Shown here piece after piece: positions 58,723 to 64,000 of a stretch of DNA of 64,000 bases. The position numbers were made by a program, and so were the translations under genes. Every line of letters starts with the position of its first letter. Within the stretch, counting starts at the first letter, position 1. The stretch comes from a virus (taxonomy: Duplodnaviria; Caudoviricetes): positions 1 through 64,000 of IMG/VR virus record IMGVR_UViG_3300029288_001872. One strand, given 5' to 3'. The notes beneath the pieces are model-generated. The model searched no databases, was not told where the DNA came from, and saw only the letters and a program-made list of their open reading frames with translations.

Positions 58723-60339
58723 CTATTTTCCAGGCCCTCTTTTAATTGCGAAAGGCGATCCTACCCCGGCAGGCGACTTTGAAGTATCGGTAGCAACGCT
58801 TGTATACTTTGAAAGGTCAGGAGAACCTATTGACATAGCACCACCAAGAAAATCTTCCTTATCAAACATTGCCATAACTTCTGCCCATTCCCAATCAGCA
58901 TTCAAAATGCCCCTGCGTCTCAATTCTTCAAATACCAATTCTTTAGGCAAAATCTTGAATTGTGCAGCACGAAGCAATACTTCAGCATCCATCGTCTGCA
59001 TCCATCTAAAGTCAGTATTCACATCAACAGACCCACCAGAATTTTCGCCAATATACTTAGAAGTAAATACAAGCAATTGCTCAACAAAATCTTTAAATTC
59101 CAATGCCCAACTTCTTAATGTGCTATCGCTTTCACCAGATGACAATGCTCTTTCAGTAGCAGTCACATTGCCAGTATTAGGCATAAGTAATTGCAAACCG
59201 AACAAAGCCATCTTAGTTTCTAAATCAATCAATTGGGAATGACCAGCATTAATAGCAGCGCCTTGATGTTCTACATATTTAAGTTCTGAGTCTGGATGGT
59301 CAGAATGAATCATTCTATTAGGACCAAGTTCTATTTCGCCTAATTTGTTTGGTTCAGATAATTTCTTGCCAAATAAAATAGGAAGTCTCGTAAAATGCAA
59401 AATATTAGTTTGGTCAGAAGTTGATTGCCAATGAGAAAGATTAAGATAAGCCAAATCTTCCAAAGGAGGTTTAGCAGTCAACGCAGACATTCTTTCTCCT
59501 GGCATAAACACAGCAAGAGGAATTAAATCTTTAATTGAGTTTGTACCAGAATCTATTTTAACCCAATCGCTATTGTCTTTTTGTTTTGTCTTATCTGGTT
59601 CTTCCCACACTTCATATTTCCCAGGTTCAAGCAACCTGATTCTATTAACTTCAACAGTATTATAAGAATTTTCTGGATCATCTTTTTCAAACACTTCTTT
59701 AATTCTTAGTTGAGTAAAAACCTCTTTCCCGTTTCTTCTTTCTGTTTTCCAACCTATAATCGACTCAGTAGGAATATGCACCCAATATGGACGTAAACCT
59801 CTTTTATCTGCTTCGGCCTTAGTCATTGGCCCATCAGTAGGAGGATATTCAGCAAGACAAGTGGTAACACCATCACTTATCCCTCTTGAAAAAACATCTG
59901 CAAGGAATACATCAGCATTGTTGCCTCTTAAATCCATATCTTCTATATAACCATCCTTATTTTTTGTACCACGAATGGCTACTGGAATATCTTCTTTCCA
60001 AGTAATTGGTTTTGAAAATATTTGCCCAGTAAGATATGAAACAGTTCTTCCAAAACCATTAAATAGAATAGTTTTACTTAATCTATTATTATAATTTTCT
60101 GTACTCTCTTTAGGCTCTTTAGGAAGATAAGTAGTGCCTGCTGCAAGCATTGCCTCAGTACCGCCAAGCAAAGTTCTAATTAAATCTAGTCTTGCTTGTT
60201 GTTGGACATAATTATTGCAAGGTTTAGAAATATCTCCTTTTGTACTGGCAGAAGAATCTCCTTTTATATCAATCTGAATCTTCTCCCCCGTGTAAGAGTC
60301 TAATAAAACACGTCCATCGTCATCAATCGCTATTGCCAT
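58723..60339 (-). CDS. Portal protein (DUF4055-like)
   Basis: 'GGTEAM..AG..YLP..PKE...Y..RL', 'RPYW', 'PPL.DLA.LN..HWQ..SDQ..ILH', 'TATE'. Confidence 0.9.
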   Translation of the reverse strand: MAIAIDDDGRVLLDSYTGEKIQIDIKGDSSASTKGDISKPCNNYVQQQARLDLIRTLLGGTEAMLAAGTTYLPKEPKESTENYNNRLSKTILFNGFGRTVSYLTGQIFSKPITWKEDIPVAIRGTKNKDGYIEDMDLRGNNADVFLADVFSRGISDGVTTCLAEYPPTDGPMTKAEADKRGLRPYWVHIPTESIIGWKTERRNGKEVFTQLRIKEVFEKDDPENSYNTVEVNRIRLLEPGKYEVWEEPDKTKQKDNSDWVKIDSGTNSIKDLIPLAVFMPGERMSALTAKPPLEDLAYLNLSHWQSTSDQTNILHFTRLPILFGKKLSEPNKLGEIELGPNRMIHSDHPDSELKYVEHQGAAINAGHSQLIDLETKMALFGLQLLMPNTGNVTATERALSSGESDSTLRSWALEFKDFVEQLLVFTSKYIGENSGGSVDVNTDFRWMQTMDAEVLLRAAQFKILPKELVFEELRRRGILNADWEWAEVMAMFDKEDFLGGAMSIGSPDLSKYTSVATDTSKSPAGVGSPFAIKRGPGK

Positions 60340-60353
60340 AATTATTTATCCTT

Positions 60354-62184
60354 TTATAATTTTTCTGTATCTATCAAGAATCTTTTCGCTTTTATTCTAG
60401 CTATTTTCAATTTGCCATTGTCATTACTAATGAACAAAACTTCATCCTCTGTCAAACTAGTCAGCGCATCCCAAGCCTCAATTTCTGACAAATACTCCTC
60501 TTTAATATTTTTATGTTTAGAAAAATCTATTACTTTCATATTTCAAACTTCTTTCTAGGAATTTCATTTGTCCAAATAAACAAAGGTTGACCATTCTTCC
60601 ATCTACACCACACTTCAATATCTTTCTTATCTTTAATCCCATAACCATGAAGCAAAACATTGGTATAATCTGGTTGATAATCCATTGTGCCGGAATAGAG
60701 ATTAACACCAGAAATTTCAGACAAAACTTCTAATGCGTTTTGTGACATTGGGATAAGTAAAAATAAAAATATGAGAAGATATTTCATAATTTATTAATAG
60801 TCTCTATTTCATGTTTTAAGTCTTTTTCTATTTGAAGGTCTTCTTCTCTTATCCTCTCTGATTCTTCCAATTCTTCATCAAACAATTTTCTCATATAGTC
60901 ATCTGCTTCAACAATAACTGTCTCTGGCAAAGTGTTAGGCTTACTAATTCTTCCACCAGTGACATGGTCGTAAACCAAACTGACAGAAGAAAGTAGCCAA
61001 TAATAATCAGATAGCTCTCTGATTAATCTGTCTTTGTTGATGGTGCCATCTAAATTCTCAACTAAGTCTTTCCAAAAGGTTTCGTAGATTATTGTTGGGT
61101 CTTGTGTGTTGTACATTTGGTCAGTCCTTATGTTTCAAAGAAGTGATTTTCTTTCCTGTCTTTGGATCGACTATGATAGCATAAATCAAACCTTTGTCAT
61201 AAATTTCAAAGAATTTTTCTTTAATCTTTTTCAATCTGTCTGAAAATGTTGCACAATGAAACATAGTCATTATCCTATTTAAAATTATTTAATTTCTGTT
61301 TCTGTTGGTTTATCTTTTCTTTCAGTTCTTTCATTTCTTGTTTAATGACTGGATCAGTAACCTTATCACAATCTGAACCAAACCTATCTTCTAATTTCCA
61401 AAGTCTGGATTGATCGTTTGACAAAACATCAGTTTGAATTTTATAATCTAATCTTTTTTCAAGAAGTATTACCTTCTCATCTCTAGCATAAGTCTTGTCA
61501 ACGAAAAAATAAACGCCAAAGCAAAATGATATGATGGTAGCTAGTGAAATTATTGATTTAGTTAGGTTAGACATTTTGATTTTTCTCCGTTCAATCTTCA
61601 AACACTTTCAAAGTGGCTTTGCCTTCTATCTTCTCGCCAAAATAATCAATTGAAATGTCTGTGACCAAGACTTGAATAGATTCTTCTTTGTAATATTTAT
61701 CAAGAAGAAAATCGTATTCTTCTTCATCTAGAGAATCAATATTTAATGTGATACCAATCATTTTATGTTTCATTCATCAATACCCATCTTCCCATTGAAA
61801 ATCAAAATTACCTCTTATTACTCTACCATCCTCAAACATGACATATCCAGTCTCAACGCCATGACCACAACAAGCAGCAGTTACTCCTGGTAAGTTGGCA
61901 ATACATGGATCGTGACCATCTTTTGTTCGTTTTTTACCACATCTTGGACAAGGCCATTTGTGTTTCTCTGGGCCACTAGTTTTGGTTATAAATCTATATT
62001 CCTCCATTGGAATGATCGCATAGCCATCCAATTGAGGTGTGATTCTGCCTAATCTATCAAAATGAAATAATTCTTCATCCCAAGGATTCTCTTTGATTAG
62101 ACAATTATTGAGATAACCTCTTCTAAGTCGTTTCAAACGATTGCGAAGATGTTCTAATTCTTCATTTTGATTTTTAGTGGGCAT
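60354..62184 (-). other. Run of six to seven small hypothetical ORFs between TerL and portal
   Basis: Tightly packed co-oriented ORFs ending at 60354, 60536, 60784, 61275, 61591 and 61777. Confidence 0.55.
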
Positions 62185-63252
62185 TTATAGTCCTTGATTA
62201 ATATTTGGTTTATATCTATTTTTAATAACTTGAGACTCATATCTACTTTTCTTATTTTTACTTCTATTTAAGTCATAACACTTTTTACAACAAAATTTTT
62301 TATCATCTATACTTGGTTGAAAGATAGTGCCACATTCTTTACACGGCCTTGGCTCATATTTTTTTACATTACCTTTGTTTTTAGTCGTATTTCCAAAAGG
62401 TCTATTTTTATGAACTTCCTTTCTACATTCTATAGAACAGAAAGTTTGTTTTTGTGAATTACTCCTAGGTTTAAAAGAATTCCCACAACTAGGACAAATT
62501 CTATCTTTTACATTTTTATGCCTAAACAAATCAAAACATTCTTTGGAACAAAATCTTTTCTTCTTCGCTTCATTTGCTGATTTAGGTTCATAAACAATTC
62601 CACAGTGTTCACATGGTCTTGGTTCATATTGCCATGCTTCGACCTTCCCGTTTGTAATTGCTTTTTCTCTAGCTATCCTACTAGTTTTCTCTGTTTCTTC
62701 TTTAGTATGTTTTCTACCATACCAAGGGTGATTTTCCCCGCTTTGTTTTTTGCTCAGATTTTGTCTTCTTTCTTCATCCCAATAATGAGCAAAATTAGAA
62801 TTATTTTCACCCTTATTATCTAATTGTTTTTGTATTTCAGACATCCTCTTTCTATCTTCTTCTGTGTGTTTATAACCAGAACAACCCTCCCCTCCATCAG
62901 TCATATTAGCAAGAATGCCAGTGCCATTGTTTTCTCTACCATAAAAAAGAATCATTTTGTTTTCAATTTCAAATGCCTCCTGTTCTGTAAGGTTATCAAA
63001 TAATATTTCTTCTTCAAAATCGATAAGGTTCTTCCATAAATATATAATTATATTTGTCTTTCTTAAATTTTCAACATAACACTCATTTCCACTTTTTAAA
63101 TATTTAATTGTATAATCACGATGTTGAATAATTCTTTTGTCAAATCCTTTTCCTATATAGAAAGGTTGAGATAACCATACATAAAAAGGGTCATGATTAT
63201 CGGGTCTTCTTAGGATATAAACATAAAATTTTCTTTTATTTTTCTTTGGCAT
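62185..63252 (-). CDS. GIY-YIG-like homing endonuclease with NUMOD3 and Zn-finger repeats
   Basis: 'FYVYIL...PFYIGKG...R', 'ANMTDGGEG', 'HTEE', repeated 'C..CG..F....FCS..C'. Confidence 0.8.
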   Translation of the reverse strand: MPKKNKRKFYVYILRRPDNHDPFYVWLSQPFYIGKGFDKRIIQHRDYTIKYLKSGNECYVENLRKTNIIIYLWKNLIDFEEEILFDNLTEQEAFEIENKMILFYGRENNGTGILANMTDGGEGCSGYKHTEEDRKRMSEIQKQLDNKGENNSNFAHYWDEERRQNLSKKQSGENHPWYGRKHTKEETEKTSRIAREKAITNGKVEAWQYEPRPCEHCGIVYEPKSANEAKKKRFCSKECFDLFRHKNVKDRICPSCGNSFKPRSNSQKQTFCSIECRKEVHKNRPFGNTTKNKGNVKKYEPRPCKECGTIFQPSIDDKKFCCKKCYDLNRSKNKKSRYESQVIKNRYKPNINQGL

Positions 63253-63282
63253 TATTTATTCCTTAATATATAACTTATTGGA

Positions 63283-63999
63283 TTACCACAAGATTTCAAC
63301 CGAGCGTCCTTGATTCTCATCGATGGGAAAGCGTTTTGCACAGTAGTAGGAAAGGGCGTCTGAGGCATGGCTTATAGTAGGATCGCTTTTGTCAATATCT
63401 ACACCGCCAGAAAGTATTTTTGTCCCCTCAATATCACGGATGATATTAGGACATCTTCGATTGTCAAATTTCATCCGTACAACATTAGACATTGAAAGAA
63501 GTCTCGCGTTGGTCGCGTTGATCCTTGATCTGACCCTCGGGTTGCTATCATCCACGAAAAGGTACGTTCTTTCTGGATTGAAATGTGAAAATAGACATTT
63601 TTTTACAATCGACCAATCACTGCCTTCAACCTTTGCAGAACCACCAGAACCACCAGTGGCGTCGCCATACAGATGGATTTCTCCCTCATGCATACCCCAA
63701 TCATAAATTAGCTTATTACACACAGCAACAGTGTTGCTATTTTGAGGAATATGTACTTCTCCAATTACACCAGTGCCAATCACAGGACGACTATATTCTT
63801 TGTTATCTTTTTTATCATAAACGGTTTCAACAACCCCAGGCATAATTTGTTCTTGACATACAACAGCAACACCAGGATTAATGTTAAAGTCAAAACAAAA
63901 AACTAATGGTAGTTTCTTATTATATTCAAGTGGACAACAATGAAGTCTTTCGTCAAATGGGTAATATGCTCTCCCAGCGAAGTGACAAAAATCCGCGCA
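63283..63999 (-). CDS. terL: Terminase large subunit, C-terminal nuclease domain (5' part outside the window)
   Basis: Frame is open to the window edge; 'FCFDFNINP', 'YGDATG', 'NP.V..RI', 'HASDALSY'. Confidence 0.9.
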   Translation of the reverse strand, partial: CADFCHFAGRAYYPFDERLHCCPLEYNKKLPLVFCFDFNINPGVAVVCQEQIMPGVVETVYDKKDNKEYSRPVIGTGVIGEVHIPQNSNTVAVCNKLIYDWGMHEGEIHLYGDATGGSGGSAKVEGSDWSIVKKCLFSHFNPERTYLFVDDSNPRVRSRINATNARLLSMSNVVRMKFDNRRCPNIIRDIEGTKILSGGVDIDKSDPTISHASDALSYYCAKRFPIDENQGRSVEILW

Positions 64000-64000
64000 A

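Noticed and set aside
14192-59242. Many + strand ORFs in the track opposite the virion genes (e.g. 25095-25700, 28855-29505, 54971-55504)
   Set aside because: Antisense shadows of well-supported - strand genes, with no recognisable motifs.
1-64000. Genome-wide TGA reassignment (code 4 or 25)
   Set aside because: Long genes are intact in code 11, Trp is TGG, and TGA is a real stop in several ATGA overlaps (21797, 29985, 39763). Only two site-specific in-frame TGAs were found.
1-64000. tRNA genes, including tRNA-Sec
   Set aside because: No cloverleaf or T-loop signature was recognised by eye in intergenic gaps; tRNAscan-SE/Aragorn would be needed to exclude them.

Overview
An AT-rich segment of a large tailed dsDNA phage genome, with no host housekeeping genes. 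It looks siphovirus-like: a tail tube and a ~1,660-aa tape measure are present, with no sheath. A two-component spanin points to a Gram-negative host. Two arms converge on a bidirectional terminator at ~13.09 kb. The + arm (1-13 kb) carries a sugar-building and decorating cluster (glycosyltransferases, two cobalamin-dependent radical SAM enzymes, a split transketolase, SAM methyltransferases), then a LAGLIDADG endonuclease, a phosphoesterase, a PRTase and a tyrosine-phosphatase-like gene. The - arm (64 to 13 kb) is the virion operon: TerL, portal, head morphogenesis protein, lysis cassette, scaffold, major capsid, cement, SGNH esterase, a GT2/WbpB/WbpD-like glycosylation set, neck, tail tube, chaperones, tape measure, hub, tailspike and a glycoside hydrolase. 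About nine free-standing homing endonucleases are spread across the window (eight in this arm), plus an IsrB with its omega-RNA. Strongest candidate novelties: (1) an in-frame TGA exactly at the conserved Cys of the HPxCRC motif of the head morphogenesis protein, followed by a bacterial-SECIS-like hairpin, i.e. a possible phage structural selenoprotein; (2) two non-coding (GGTNN)15-16 tracts, each fused to a perfect hairpin; (3) phage-encoded glycan biosynthesis, part of it inside the virion operon; (4) an IsrB/omega-RNA with no transposon right end, placed like a homing endonuclease; (5) a CTT-TGA-CTT interruption in a phosphoesterase. All family names come from motif recognition by eye; no database searches were run.
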